Source of the DNA: Candidatus Woesearchaeota archaeon
GTDB lineage: Archaea > Nanobdellota > Nanobdellia > Woesearchaeales > SKGA01
NCBI GenBank assembly: GCA_016926395.1
Contig: JAFGOT010000014.1
Location: 32,058-96,057 of the forward strand
Reading direction: 5' to 3'
DNA length: 64,000 bases
Shown here: positions 46,815 to 57,211 of the stretch, in pieces
Position numbering within the stretch: position 1 is the first letter of the stretch
Layout of the letters: every line of letters begins with the position of its first letter
Notes under the pieces: model-generated
Seen by the model: the letters and a program-made list of their open reading frames with translations, nothing else
Told to the model about the DNA's origin: nothing
The model's database searches: none
Made by a program: the position numbers and the translations under genes

Positions 46815-47917
46815 ATAAATCACACTTAAATAAAGCTCAATTGTTTTCTATGATGGCCATATTTATGTCTGCTCTTTTTATCATAATGTTTTCAGGTTTA
46901 ACTCATGTAGCATTAAATAAAGATGTGGAAATAATTGAAACAGAAATTGCTAGATTTGGGACTTTGGCTGAAAGCTTAGATTACTTTGTTCACAAATCAC
47001 TTGATACATCTGGATTTATAATTTTACACAACTCAGCCCAAAAATTATATGAAGACTGTGGAGGTTCACCAACTCCTGCTTGTTATTTTAGCAACTTTAC
47101 ACAAACATTTTATGATTGTTTAGATGTGGGTGAGTCATCTGATGGTTGGGATTGTATGGGTGATATTGACCCTCCTAATCATAACGCATCATATAAAGCA
47201 CAACTTGAATTCTTAGCTGATGAACTTGAAAATCGCTATGCTGATTTGCAAATAAATATTTCTGATACAAAGGTGGGGGTAAGACAATCCGGGCCTTATA
47301 CGTTTGAACTAACTGCCGAAGTTGAACTTGCAATGATTAGACCTGGTTATTCTTGGGATCGTTTTTTTAATGTAACTCGAGAAGTTAATGTTATGGGAAT
47401 GAATGACCCTGCACTATCTGCTTTTAGAATAAATAAATCTATTTTAGTTCATCCAACGGAAGGGGAACTTATGACTGTTGCTTCACTTAGTGGGAATTAT
47501 TATAGGATTGCACAAGTAGTTAATGATTCATATTATATTCGAGATAATCGTTCAGGTATTTCAATAACTGAAATGTTTGAAGGAGTGCGATTGGTAACTC
47601 CTAATAATGATACTCATCCTTTTGGAATTACGTGTGTGTTACCATTAGATTTGGTAGAAGATGGATCAGGAGTTCTTCAAAACAGAGATAATCGTTCTCT
47701 TCTAGAGCATCAATTCTTGGGCGATTTTTTATTTACTGGAGGGAATACTCTTTTTAGGTTTGATGATGAAAATTTTTATGGTGTTGATGATGATATTATT
47801 GTTGATTCTGGTTTCTTTGCAAGGTTAAGTATTCTAAATTTTAAGTATGTTGGAAATTGTTGCAGGGATAGTCAATATTATGGTGTTGATGGTGCTTGTG
47901 ATAATAGTTGCGGTTAG
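46805..47917 (+). CDS. Pilin-like exported protein with Cys-rich segments
   Basis: NKAQLFSMMAIFM leader; similar position and style to 29373..30356. Confidence 0.72.
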   Translation: MEMNKSHLNKAQLFSMMAIFMSALFIIMFSGLTHVALNKDVEIIETEIARFGTLAESLDYFVHKSLDTSGFIILHNSAQKLYEDCGGSPTPACYFSNFTQTFYDCLDVGESSDGWDCMGDIDPPNHNASYKAQLEFLADELENRYADLQINISDTKVGVRQSGPYTFELTAEVELAMIRPGYSWDRFFNVTREVNVMGMNDPALSAFRINKSILVHPTEGELMTVASLSGNYYRIAQVVNDSYYIRDNRSGISITEMFEGVRLVTPNNDTHPFGITCVLPLDLVEDGSGVLQNRDNRSLLEHQFLGDFLFTGGNTLFRFDDENFYGVDDDIIVDSGFFARLSILNFKYVGNCCRDSQYYGVDGACDNSCG

Positions 47918-47975
47918 TTCTTCACTGCAAAATGGTTAATAAACTTTATAACTCTTTTTTAAAATAAATATAGCC

Positions 47976-48434
47976 ATGGACGAGGTGAGAGTCGAGACAG
48001 GAGTAGATGAACTAATACGGTATCTACGAACTAAGGGGAAGGTTAGTCTAAAAGAGGCTTCTACTCATCTAAACATTCCAGAACAAACACTTCAATTATG
48101 GCTTGATTTCTTGGTTGAAGAAAGAATAATTGGGATGGAATACAAATTCACAAAACCTTACATATTTCTAAATGAGGATGATAAATCCCAAATACTCGAT
48201 TCAAAAGAAGAACAAAAAAGAGACGTTACTATTGATACTTTTAAAGAAGAATTCTTTTCAAATGCGAAGAGAAAACAAATGCCCGAATCAAAAATACCTA
48301 TGCTTTGGCAAGCTCATCTATCAACAGATATAGAAAGACAAAAAGAATTTTTTATGGCAGAGGCGGATAAGCGATCAATAAAAAATCCGGAAAAAGTGTT
48401 TGCTGTTTACAAACGAAGATTACTTGAGATGTAG
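47976..48434 (+). CDS. wHTH protein, paralog of the 30477 N-terminus
   Basis: TGVDELI..W..FLVEERII..YKFTK. Confidence 0.75.
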   Translation: MDEVRVETGVDELIRYLRTKGKVSLKEASTHLNIPEQTLQLWLDFLVEERIIGMEYKFTKPYIFLNEDDKSQILDSKEEQKRDVTIDTFKEEFFSNAKRKQMPESKIPMLWQAHLSTDIERQKEFFMAEADKRSIKNPEKVFAVYKRRLLEM

Positions 48435-48439
48435 AAAAT

Positions 48440-49195
48440 ATGGATATAGTTGCATTTTTAAAAAAAGACATTGTCACTTTCTTGGAAAACGCGTCTAAAT
48501 ATGGTACTGCGGAGAACAAAGCTGTTGAGGAGGAGCTATCGTCTCTACTCTCACCAAGTTCGTCTTCAACAGATGTCTCCTCTTCTAAAAAATCTGAACA
48601 ACCAATTCAACAAACAGTGAATGTAACAATCGCAAAAGATATGGTAGAAAACGCTATCAAAGAAATTAAAGAAGAGAAAACAACACTCCCTCCTATTAAA
48701 GTTCCTGAAGAAAAACCAATAGAAAAGAAAGTAAGTCCAGAAAAGTTAGATGAAATTCAAAAGCAGATAATTGAATTAGACAATTATGTAAAAAATTCAA
48801 ATATTCAAGAGACATTAAAATTATACAACCGATTAAAATTATTAGTACTAACTGTGACTTTAGATAAAGAACTTCAATCAAAATTATATACTTCTCTAAA
48901 AGATGCTGCAATCTTTCTAAACAAGAATAAAACACATTTAGAAGATAGTTTACAAGATAAATCAAAAAAACAAAAAAAGAAAGTGGAATCTTTAGAGAGC
49001 CACGAAAAAGAACACGAAACAGCAACCGTTTCAGATACTGGAAATACTTTTGAAATGCCAAGTTACATTAGGGCATTAAAAGCAATAAAAGAACACGATA
49101 AGGTTACTGCGCTTGAATTATTAGTAAGTCTTTCAAAACAACATCCAAAGAATAGAGCAATAAAAATGAGGCTAAGAGAGGCATTATATCTCTGA
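48440..49195 (+). CDS. Helical hypothetical protein in pilus module 2
   Basis: 251-codon ORF, charged, TPR-like C-terminal helix pair. Confidence 0.65.
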   Translation: MDIVAFLKKDIVTFLENASKYGTAENKAVEEELSSLLSPSSSSTDVSSSKKSEQPIQQTVNVTIAKDMVENAIKEIKEEKTTLPPIKVPEEKPIEKKVSPEKLDEIQKQIIELDNYVKNSNIQETLKLYNRLKLLVLTVTLDKELQSKLYTSLKDAAIFLNKNKTHLEDSLQDKSKKQKKKVESLESHEKEHETATVSDTGNTFEMPSYIRALKAIKEHDKVTALELLVSLSKQHPKNRAIKMRLREALYL

Positions 49196-49201
49196 TTTAA
49201 A

Positions 49202-50710
49202 ATGGACGGACAACAAGAACAACTAGACAGATACTCATTAACCGTAAACGATGTTTTGGTAGAAATAAATATAATCCGGTATAGAAATCATCCTGTTGCA
49301 AAATACTTAATCTCTATTACGAATATAAGCGATACCACAAAATTGATTCTTGAAAAAATAAGGCAAGACTTTATTCAACGAATTGATTTTTCTGCAATTG
49401 AGAATTTCGAATCAAATGATCTTGAAAAAATTCAAAACAGATTCCGACGAGAAATAAGTGCACTATTAAAAAAATATTTTCCAGATTTAGATGAAAAATC
49501 TGAATCAATGCTTTCAAATTATATTATTGAAGAAAACTTAGGATTTGGAAAAGTAGATATTTTGTTAGCAGATGAAAGAATAGAAGAAATAGTTATCAAT
49601 TCACACACTGAACCTGTTAGAGTCTATCATAAACAATACGGTTGGCTTGAAACAAATGTTAAAATAGTGACTGAAGCTAGAATAAGACATTACTCTTCTA
49701 TGATTGGACGAAACGTTGGAAAAGAAATAACTGCTCTTAGTCCATTAATGGATGCACACTTAAAATCAGGAGACAGGGTTAATGCAACACTAACGCCAAT
49801 CAGTACTGCAGGTAACACAATAACGATTAGGAAATTCGCAAAAGATCCTTGGACTATTCCAAAATTCATTCAAGCTGGAACCGTATCTCTTGATGGAGCT
49901 GCATTTATGTGGCTTTGTATACAACAAGAGCTTTCTATTCTTGTAGCTGGGGGAACTGGTTCTGGGAAAACATCTATGCTTAATGTATTATCAAATTTTT
50001 TCCCACCAAGTCAACGTATAATTACAATTGAAGATACACGAGAACTTGTATTACCAAAAATAATGCATTGGGTTCCACTTGCAACTAGGCTTCCAAACCC
50101 TGAAGGAAAGGGAGGCGTTACGATGCTTGATCTTCTAGTAAACAGTTTAAGGATGCGTCCAGACCGAATACTAGTAGGGGAAGTACGTAGAAAAGAAGAA
50201 GCACAGATCATGCTTGAAGCAATGCATACAGGTCACTCAGTATATGCTACAATTCACGCTAACAATGCAGATGAAGTAGTTGTACGTCTTTCAAACCCAC
50301 CTATTAGCATTCCAAAACCAATGCTTTCATCAATTGGATTAATATGTGTTCAAAACAGAAACAGAAGAACTGGAAAACGAAGAACATTACAATTAGCAGA
50401 AGTTCTTCCATCGGGCGATCCAAACGTAATACTGCAATTAAATGTACGAGATGATATATTACAAAAAATGAATGAAAGCCAAGTAATCTATGATAAACTA
50501 GAATTATATTCAGGAATGTCAAGAGAAGATATCCAAAAAGATATTGAAAGCAAAAAGAAAGTTTTGCAATGGTTAATAGACAACCAATTTTTTGACATAG
50601 AAACAGTAGGTAAAGTAATGTCTCAGTACTACATGGGAATACTTGATATGGATAATTGGAAAGATCAACAAGAAGAATATGCTCAAGACTTAAAAGAGCT
50701 AAAATCATAG
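49202..50710 (+). CDS. Type IV pilus assembly ATPase, copy 2
   Basis: GGTGSGKT, TIEDTRE, LRMRPDRILVGEVR, TGH. Confidence 0.95.
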   Translation: MDGQQEQLDRYSLTVNDVLVEINIIRYRNHPVAKYLISITNISDTTKLILEKIRQDFIQRIDFSAIENFESNDLEKIQNRFRREISALLKKYFPDLDEKSESMLSNYIIEENLGFGKVDILLADERIEEIVINSHTEPVRVYHKQYGWLETNVKIVTEARIRHYSSMIGRNVGKEITALSPLMDAHLKSGDRVNATLTPISTAGNTITIRKFAKDPWTIPKFIQAGTVSLDGAAFMWLCIQQELSILVAGGTGSGKTSMLNVLSNFFPPSQRIITIEDTRELVLPKIMHWVPLATRLPNPEGKGGVTMLDLLVNSLRMRPDRILVGEVRRKEEAQIMLEAMHTGHSVYATIHANNADEVVVRLSNPPISIPKPMLSSIGLICVQNRNRRTGKRRTLQLAEVLPSGDPNVILQLNVRDDILQKMNESQVIYDKLELYSGMSREDIQKDIESKKKVLQWLIDNQFFDIETVGKVMSQYYMGILDMDNWKDQQEEYAQDLKELKS

Positions 50711-50719
50711 GTAAATAAT

Positions 50720-51529
50720 ATGTCGTTTGTAAAGTATATACTTTTAAAACATCCTCTTCTAAAAAAAGAAATGCGAATGGCCGGAGTTCCTATAGATCCG
50801 GAAGGATTCGTAAAAAAATCTCTTAAAAGTGCTATTTTTATGGGCTTTATAGTTTTTGCAGGTTTATTTTTTTTAATGGGGAAAGAAAATCCCTCTCTTT
50901 TCAAACCTTTAGTTGGTGGTTTGTTAGTTGGTTACTTTTCATTTGCTTTTTCATTTAGAAAACTACAAGTAAAAATACAAAAAAAAGGAAAACAAATAGA
51001 TAGAGATGTACTTTTTGCAGGACGATTCTTACTTGTAAAACTAAATAGTGGTAAGCCTTTAATTAATGCATTAGAAGAAGCATCAAACGGATTTGGTTAT
51101 GCTACAAAATATTTTCAAAATATTATGAGGGATTTGCATTTAGGTACTTCTTTAGAAACAGCTCTTGAAAGAGCTACGGAATACTGTCCATCTGAAAGTT
51201 TAAAAAAAATATTGTTTCAAATAACTAACGCATTAAAAATTGGTGTTGATGTAACTGATTTCTTGCAAGCAGTGCTTGATGAAATATCGGAAGAACAATT
51301 AAGTCAAATAATTAGGTATGGAAAGAAACTATCTAGTTTAACGATGTTTTATATGCTTGGAGCAATAATTGTGCCAAGTTTGGGAATGACTTTGTTTGTT
51401 GTTGTTGCAGGGATGATAAATATTAATTTAGATTGGGTTGCTTTTGCAATAATAATATTTGGACTTGGAATAATTCAATTCGTGTTTATTACATTATTTA
51501 GGTCAGCAAGACCAAACCTTGATTTGTGA
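50720..51529 (+). CDS. T2SSF/TadB-TadC platform protein
   Basis: Paralog of 33346 (FAGRFL, GTSLETA, YGKKL). Confidence 0.88.
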   Translation: MSFVKYILLKHPLLKKEMRMAGVPIDPEGFVKKSLKSAIFMGFIVFAGLFFLMGKENPSLFKPLVGGLLVGYFSFAFSFRKLQVKIQKKGKQIDRDVLFAGRFLLVKLNSGKPLINALEEASNGFGYATKYFQNIMRDLHLGTSLETALERATEYCPSESLKKILFQITNALKIGVDVTDFLQAVLDEISEEQLSQIIRYGKKLSSLTMFYMLGAIIVPSLGMTLFVVVAGMININLDWVAFAIIIFGLGIIQFVFITLFRSARPNLDL

Positions 51530-52568
51530 GAAGAAGAAAATGGGAGCTATGAGAGAATTTGGAAAGGCATTTGTGCCTGAAAAAATGTTTGGATTTAAAA
51601 TCCGAGCTAATCTTAAATCCTATCTTCTAACTGCAGGTTGCCCTGATGTGCCTTATGATTTTTTTGGAATATTATTCTTAGCAACAGCTGCAGTAACTTA
51701 TTTTATATTTATGGGTCTAGTTTATCCAGTAGTTCATGGAATGAATTTTTTGGTTGGTTTAGTTTTACTGTTTGTTGCTTGGGCTGGGATACAGCTACTT
51801 TTGGTGTTTATAGTATGTTTTATGATATTCTTTTTTCTAAATATTAAAGTCTATAAAAGAACGAAAGAAATTGAAAGTAAGCTAGCAGATTTCTTAGTTT
51901 TGGTTTCTACTAATTTGAAAGGAGGCCTTTCCTTGGAACAAGGTCTTTGGGCTGCAATTAGACCTGAGTTTGGTTTATTGGCTGAGGAGATGACTTTAGT
52001 TTCAAAAAGAGTTATGACGGGAAATGATTTAACAGAAGCATTAAATGAATTTGTGCAAAAATATGATTCTCCTTTATTACAGAGAAACTTCTCATTAATC
52101 ATAGGGGAAGTAGAAACTGGAGGAAAGATTGTTGTTGTTATTGATAAGGTAATTGAATCATTAAAGAAAACAAAAGCACTAAAAGATGAGATGAGTGCTT
52201 CAGCTGTTAGTTATATGATATTTATTGGTGTAATTGTAATTGCTGTAGCTCCAGCATTATTTGCTCTTGCATATAGATTATTATTTATCATAACAAACTT
52301 TACATCCTCAATTGGTTCCTCAATGTCCGGAACAGGAATTGCAAACGCAATAAACTTTAATACTGAAGTCGATACGGGGCTTTTTAAGAATTTCTCAATA
52401 TGGGCCCTTGCAACTATTTCTATATTTAGTTCGATGATTATTTCAATAATAGAGAAAGGAGATATTAAAGGGGGATTAAAATATATTCCTGCATTTACTA
52501 TCGTTTCAATAGTTCTTTACTTGATATTTATGGCAGGATTAGAAGCAGTGTTTGGAGCTGTATTTTAG
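51519..52568 (+). CDS. T2SSF/TadC platform protein
   Basis: Paralog of 34150 (LADFLVLVSTNLKGG, RPEFG). Confidence 0.88.
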   Translation: MICEKKKMGAMREFGKAFVPEKMFGFKIRANLKSYLLTAGCPDVPYDFFGILFLATAAVTYFIFMGLVYPVVHGMNFLVGLVLLFVAWAGIQLLLVFIVCFMIFFFLNIKVYKRTKEIESKLADFLVLVSTNLKGGLSLEQGLWAAIRPEFGLLAEEMTLVSKRVMTGNDLTEALNEFVQKYDSPLLQRNFSLIIGEVETGGKIVVVIDKVIESLKKTKALKDEMSASAVSYMIFIGVIVIAVAPALFALAYRLLFIITNFTSSIGSSMSGTGIANAINFNTEVDTGLFKNFSIWALATISIFSSMIISIIEKGDIKGGLKYIPAFTIVSIVLYLIFMAGLEAVFGAVF

Positions 52569-52610
52569 TTATAAAGATAACTAGAATTAAGAATTCTAAA
52601 TTTTATTACT

Positions 52611-53126
52611 CTAACAAGAATCATCACAAGAACTTTCAGATTCTTCATCATTTGGATTAAAAACTTTTTTCAATTTTCTGGACTTAGAAAGATGATTGCT
52701 AAATATTCCTTCTTTAACCCGTCCGACACCAACAAAATCATTATTATGTTTTACAATAACGTACTGTTTCTGAAAATCTTCATTTTCACAAACTAAGTTT
52801 TCACCTTTGATATACTCTTCAAACTGTAAATCGTTTATTTCAAAAATATTTTTTGTAGCAAGAGGTCCAATCATTTGAGTGCCCTCTAAAGATAATCTAA
52901 AACCATCAATCATAAAAGTTCCAAAATAAAGCCCAAAAGCGTTAGTCCTAAGAGCTTCTTGATCTAAATCAAAAATTTCTTTATTACAAACATAAACACG
53001 TTCTCTTTTATTCAGACAAAAGTAAACAAGATTATCAGGAATTTCATTAATACCAAATTGTTCATTTAAGGTTTGACGAATGTGTTTTCTATCCTTGGAA
53101 TTTAGTATTATTATTTCTGCTTTCAA
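52611..53126 (-). CDS. NIP7/RsmF-associated PUA-domain protein
   Basis: GLYFG..FRLSLEG..; YIKGENL..YVIVKH..VGVG PUA pattern. Confidence 0.6.
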   Translation of the reverse strand: MKAEIIILNSKDRKHIRQTLNEQFGINEIPDNLVYFCLNKRERVYVCNKEIFDLDQEALRTNAFGLYFGTFMIDGFRLSLEGTQMIGPLATKNIFEINDLQFEEYIKGENLVCENEDFQKQYVIVKHNNDFVGVGRVKEGIFSNHLSKSRKLKKVFNPNDEESESSCDDSC

Positions 53127-53145
53127 TTTTTTTACCTTTATTTTT

Positions 53146-54906
53146 TTATTTTCCCCAGAATGGATCTTCTTTTCTTTTAATCTCGGCGATTTCTCTTAAG
53201 ATTTCAATCTCTTCTGCAGATAATAATTTACTGTGTTTTTTTAATTCTCTAAAAATAGGAGGGGGGATGTCAGTGTATAAAATGTCGCCTTCGTTGACTT
53301 GTCGACCTGCTGTGATGTTAGGAAGACTAATTGCGGCTTGTTTTCCTTTGTCTAAAGTTTGATGATTTTTTTTATCGGCTTGAATTTCTTTAACAGAAGT
53401 TAATTTGTCTCCTCCTTTTTTCATTAAAGGCATATTAGTTGTAAGTTGGCCTTCAAGGACTTCAACACCGACAACACAGGGATTTGATTGACGGAAAATG
53501 CAGTTTGCTAAGATCTCAATTTTTGCAGGTCGCATCAAACCATCAAGTTTTTGGGCAGCAATTTCTTTTTCTTTTTCTTTTGACCATTCTTCGTAAGTTT
53601 CAATTATTCGATAAATGACATCATTAGTGATTATTTTTATGTGATCTGTTGAAGGAACACTAGGAATATTGAAACCAAGAATAACTGAATGTAGTGGTTC
53701 TTTATCGTAACTAGTTTGTGCGTCAGTTAAATCTTTTTTAGAAATTGGACCAACACGAGCAGCACGAATTTTAAATCCTTTTTCTCGAAGAAGAACATTA
53801 AGTGCTTCTAAACTTCCAATGTTATCTGCTTTGATAATTATTCCTTCATCATCAAGAGGTATGTCTGCTTCGCTAATTTCTCTTTCAACCATTTCTTTTG
53901 TTTTTTCTAAAGTATCTTTATTACAACTGTAAAGCGGCATACCAGAAATAACTCCTTCCATTTCAGGGCAGGAAACTTTAACGCCTGTTGCTGCGATGAC
54001 TTCTTTTACTGATTTAAAACCTGATTTTTTATCTCTCATCTCTCGATTTGCTTCAGGTTCAAACATCGCCTTAACTTTAGTAACCAAAGCACCGTTTAAA
54101 GTACCAATAACAACCACGTCATTAGTTTTAAGAGTGCCATTGTAAAGAATAACATCCATTGTTTTTCCAAGACCTTGTTCTTCTTTAACTTCAAGAACGG
54201 TACCTTTTGCAGGACCGGAAACTTCTAATAATAAGTTTTTTTCAAGATATTTTTGAGCTAAAGCGGAGATGACCATTAACGTTTCAGGAAGACCAACTCC
54301 TTTTAGGGCTGATACTGGGATGATTGCAACTTGTGTTGTAAAATCCGTTACCCTATCAAAACGATCGGCAGTAATTTGAAATTTATCATAAAGTTGTCCA
54401 ACTAGTTCATACATTTTAGTTTCGAAAGTCTGCCCGACTTCAGGAGATTGACCTGCAATAGAACCAAGAACTGGTTTGTTATCAACACGGAATCTTGGAA
54501 GAAGATCTAATTTGTTAGCGGCAATAATAAAAGGAGTTCTAGCTGCTCGTAAGATTTCAATAGCTTCAATAGTTTGAGGTTTAAAACCTTCATTAATGTC
54601 AACAACGACAATAGCAATATCTGCTAGAGATCCACCTCTTTTTCTAAGAGAGGTAAATGCGGCGTGTCCAGGAGTATCAATAAATAAGAGTCCAGGAATA
54701 GTAAGTTTAATGCCCATTTTCCCCAAGAGTTCACCACATTTGTTTTGAATGGTTTCTAAAGGTACGATTGATGCACCGATTGCTTGAGTTATAGCTCCTG
54801 CTTCAGTAGCCAGAATATTTGATCCTCTAATAGCATCAAGAACGGAAGATTTACCATGATCTACATGGCCAAGGACAGAAACAATAGGACTTCGAATTGA
54901 ACTCAT
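53146..54906 (-). CDS. infB: Translation initiation factor IF2/aIF5B
   Basis: GHVDHGKS, GAITQAIGA, DTPGHAAF, NKLD. Confidence 0.98.
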   Translation of the reverse strand: MSSIRSPIVSVLGHVDHGKSSVLDAIRGSNILATEAGAITQAIGASIVPLETIQNKCGELLGKMGIKLTIPGLLFIDTPGHAAFTSLRKRGGSLADIAIVVVDINEGFKPQTIEAIEILRAARTPFIIAANKLDLLPRFRVDNKPVLGSIAGQSPEVGQTFETKMYELVGQLYDKFQITADRFDRVTDFTTQVAIIPVSALKGVGLPETLMVISALAQKYLEKNLLLEVSGPAKGTVLEVKEEQGLGKTMDVILYNGTLKTNDVVVIGTLNGALVTKVKAMFEPEANREMRDKKSGFKSVKEVIAATGVKVSCPEMEGVISGMPLYSCNKDTLEKTKEMVEREISEADIPLDDEGIIIKADNIGSLEALNVLLREKGFKIRAARVGPISKKDLTDAQTSYDKEPLHSVILGFNIPSVPSTDHIKIITNDVIYRIIETYEEWSKEKEKEIAAQKLDGLMRPAKIEILANCIFRQSNPCVVGVEVLEGQLTTNMPLMKKGGDKLTSVKEIQADKKNHQTLDKGKQAAISLPNITAGRQVNEGDILYTDIPPPIFRELKKHSKLLSAEEIEILREIAEIKRKEDPFWGK

Positions 54907-55018
54907 CTTTAATCACTAATAAGAAGAACATCTATGTCATTTATAAAGTTTGTTTGATTGATTTAGTCTATATTTTTAATGAATAAAGTTTAAAAAGGAT
55001 GGAGGACCACGATTATAT

Positions 55019-55750
55019 ATGCAAACTAGGATAAATAGAGTAAAAAGCAGAAAATTAAGTATAACAACAATTCTTTTGTTACTTAACACATTCGTATTTA
55101 TACTGCAACTTGCAGTTCCAAAACTGTTTACTAATTTATCTTTAACTTCTGGTCAAACGTTAACACATCCATGGACTATATTTACATCGATGTTTATGCA
55201 TGCAGGATTTTCACACTTACTTTTTAACATGTATGCTCTTCTTATTTTCGGTTCTCTAATAGAACAAAAAATTGGAAGAAATAGATTCTTGTGGTCTTAT
55301 TTGCTCTCTGGAGTTGTCGCTGCGTTATCTTTTGATTTTTACAATCAAATTATGGGAACAGCGGGTAGTGCTGTTGGAGCAAGTGGAGCAATAATGGGCA
55401 TATTAGGACTTACAATAATGCTACTTCCGCAACTAAGAGTTGCATTCTTTTTTGTAATACCAATGAGTATGAGAACTGCGGGAATAATATTTGCACTAAT
55501 AGATTTATTTGGATTATTTAATCCAGCTTCGGGAATCGCACATATTGCTCACTTAGGAGGATTGGCAGTGGGATTATTACTTGGTTATTATTTTATACGT
55601 AAAAAAGTTGGATTTCAAAAACAATTCATTAGAGTTAATATTTCTTCTAAACCTAAACCTAAAAATAATCCTGCGGATTCTAACTATGAAAAAACTATTG
55701 AACTAACGCAAGAAGATATTGATGGTTACTTTAAATACGGAAAAATATAA
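55019..55750 (+). CDS. Rhomboid intramembrane serine protease
   Basis: HLLFNM, GASGA, AHLGG. Confidence 0.95.
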   Translation: MQTRINRVKSRKLSITTILLLLNTFVFILQLAVPKLFTNLSLTSGQTLTHPWTIFTSMFMHAGFSHLLFNMYALLIFGSLIEQKIGRNRFLWSYLLSGVVAALSFDFYNQIMGTAGSAVGASGAIMGILGLTIMLLPQLRVAFFFVIPMSMRTAGIIFALIDLFGLFNPASGIAHIAHLGGLAVGLLLGYYFIRKKVGFQKQFIRVNISSKPKPKNNPADSNYEKTIELTQEDIDGYFKYGKI

Positions 55751-55777
55751 AAAGGTTGATTTTAGTTAGATTGTTTA

Positions 55778-56659
55778 ATGGCTATTAATCTAAAACTAAC
55801 TCCTGCTGAAGTTGAATTCTTAAAATCAAAAAAAATAGGCTTAGTTCTTAGTGGGGGAGCTAGTCGAGGATTTGCAGAAGCAGGAGTGATGAACGTATTT
55901 GAAAAACATTCCATTGAACCTGTTGCTATTGTTGGAGCTTCAGTTGGTTCTTTAGTTGGTGTTTGCGTTGCTGCAGGTAAATCTGCTAGTGTGTTAGAGT
56001 CAGAATTTTTAGAACATAAACCTTTTACTTGGCGAGATATTTCTATGTTTAGTCATTCAGGATTGCTCAATGCAGAACATATTGTTAGTAGGATACTGAA
56101 AGTCTTAGATGTAGAAAAATTTTCTGATCTTAGAATTCCTCTTAAAGTAACTGCAACCAACCTTAACACTGGAAAAGAAAGAATATTTTCATCAGGAAAA
56201 TTAATTGATGCATTAGCTTCAAGTATTGCATTTCCGGGAGTTATTGCGCCAAGAAAAATTGGTCGGCACTGGTATGCTGATGGGGGAGTTAATAATCCTA
56301 TTCCTGTTCATTTACTTCCAAAAAATGTGGATTTAGTTATTATAGTTGATGTGACTGGAAAACTAAGACCTCTCGAAGATAATTCTTCTACTTTAACTCT
56401 TCTTAAAAACGTATATGAGATTATGCTTCATCACATAAGTAATAGGGAAATAGAGCGAGCGATGTTAGAGTATGATTCAATCCTTATTCAACCACCCGTT
56501 GGAATTTATGGGTTATTCAATTTTAGCACAGAAAATGCAAAAAGCATGATTAGAACGGGTGAAAAAACTGCAAGAGAAGCCATTAAAAAAGGAATAAAGC
56601 GACTAAAAGCTAAAGAACGTAAATTGGAACAACTGGCAACTCCTAATATTTCTTCTTAA
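55778..56659 (+). CDS. Patatin-like phospholipase
   Basis: SGGASRG, GASVG, DGG. Confidence 0.95.
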   Translation: MAINLKLTPAEVEFLKSKKIGLVLSGGASRGFAEAGVMNVFEKHSIEPVAIVGASVGSLVGVCVAAGKSASVLESEFLEHKPFTWRDISMFSHSGLLNAEHIVSRILKVLDVEKFSDLRIPLKVTATNLNTGKERIFSSGKLIDALASSIAFPGVIAPRKIGRHWYADGGVNNPIPVHLLPKNVDLVIIVDVTGKLRPLEDNSSTLTLLKNVYEIMLHHISNREIERAMLEYDSILIQPPVGIYGLFNFSTENAKSMIRTGEKTAREAIKKGIKRLKAKERKLEQLATPNISS

Positions 56660-56770
56660 AAAAAAGCTTATTTTACTTTGAAACAGTTAAATTTGATGTT
56701 TTTAGACGTTCTATGGCCAAACTCTTAAACAATAATCTTTATAAATGAACTCTCTTTTCTAGGGCATACA

Positions 56771-57151
56771 ATGGCAATCCTACAATTACGATCCAAAAGA
56801 AAATCAACTGGAGGTCGATATAAACGACCACAAGTTAAACGTCTATCTAGACTTGGAGGCTTACCAGTACTAACTAAAATTGGAGCTTTAAGAAAAAAGT
56901 CTCTAAGAGTATCTGGAGCTAATACAAAAGATAAATTATTATCTGCAGACAAAGCAAACGTTTTCAATCCAAAAACTAAAAAACATGAAGTTGCGGAAAT
57001 AAAAACAATTGCTGAAAACCCTGCAAACAGACACTTTGTTCGACGAAATATTGTGACAAAAGGTAGTGTTATCGATACAAGTATTGGTAAAGCAAAAGTT
57101 ACTAGTCGACCAGGTCAAAACGGATACGTTGACGCAGTTCTTTTAGAATAA
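56771..57151 (+). CDS. rps8e: 30S ribosomal protein S8e
   Basis: RKSTGGRY, NPANRHFVRRNIVTKG, VTSRPGQNG. Confidence 0.97.
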   Translation: MAILQLRSKRKSTGGRYKRPQVKRLSRLGGLPVLTKIGALRKKSLRVSGANTKDKLLSADKANVFNPKTKKHEVAEIKTIAENPANRHFVRRNIVTKGSVIDTSIGKAKVTSRPGQNGYVDAVLLE

Positions 57152-57211
57152 ACCTTTGGTTTATTATTTTTTTATTTTTTCTACTTTATTCTGCTTGCAA
57201 AAAAACAATTT

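Noticed and set aside
43798-54906. Inteins in PolB or IF2
   Set aside because: Both have normal length and continuous motifs, with no intein splice-junction signatures.
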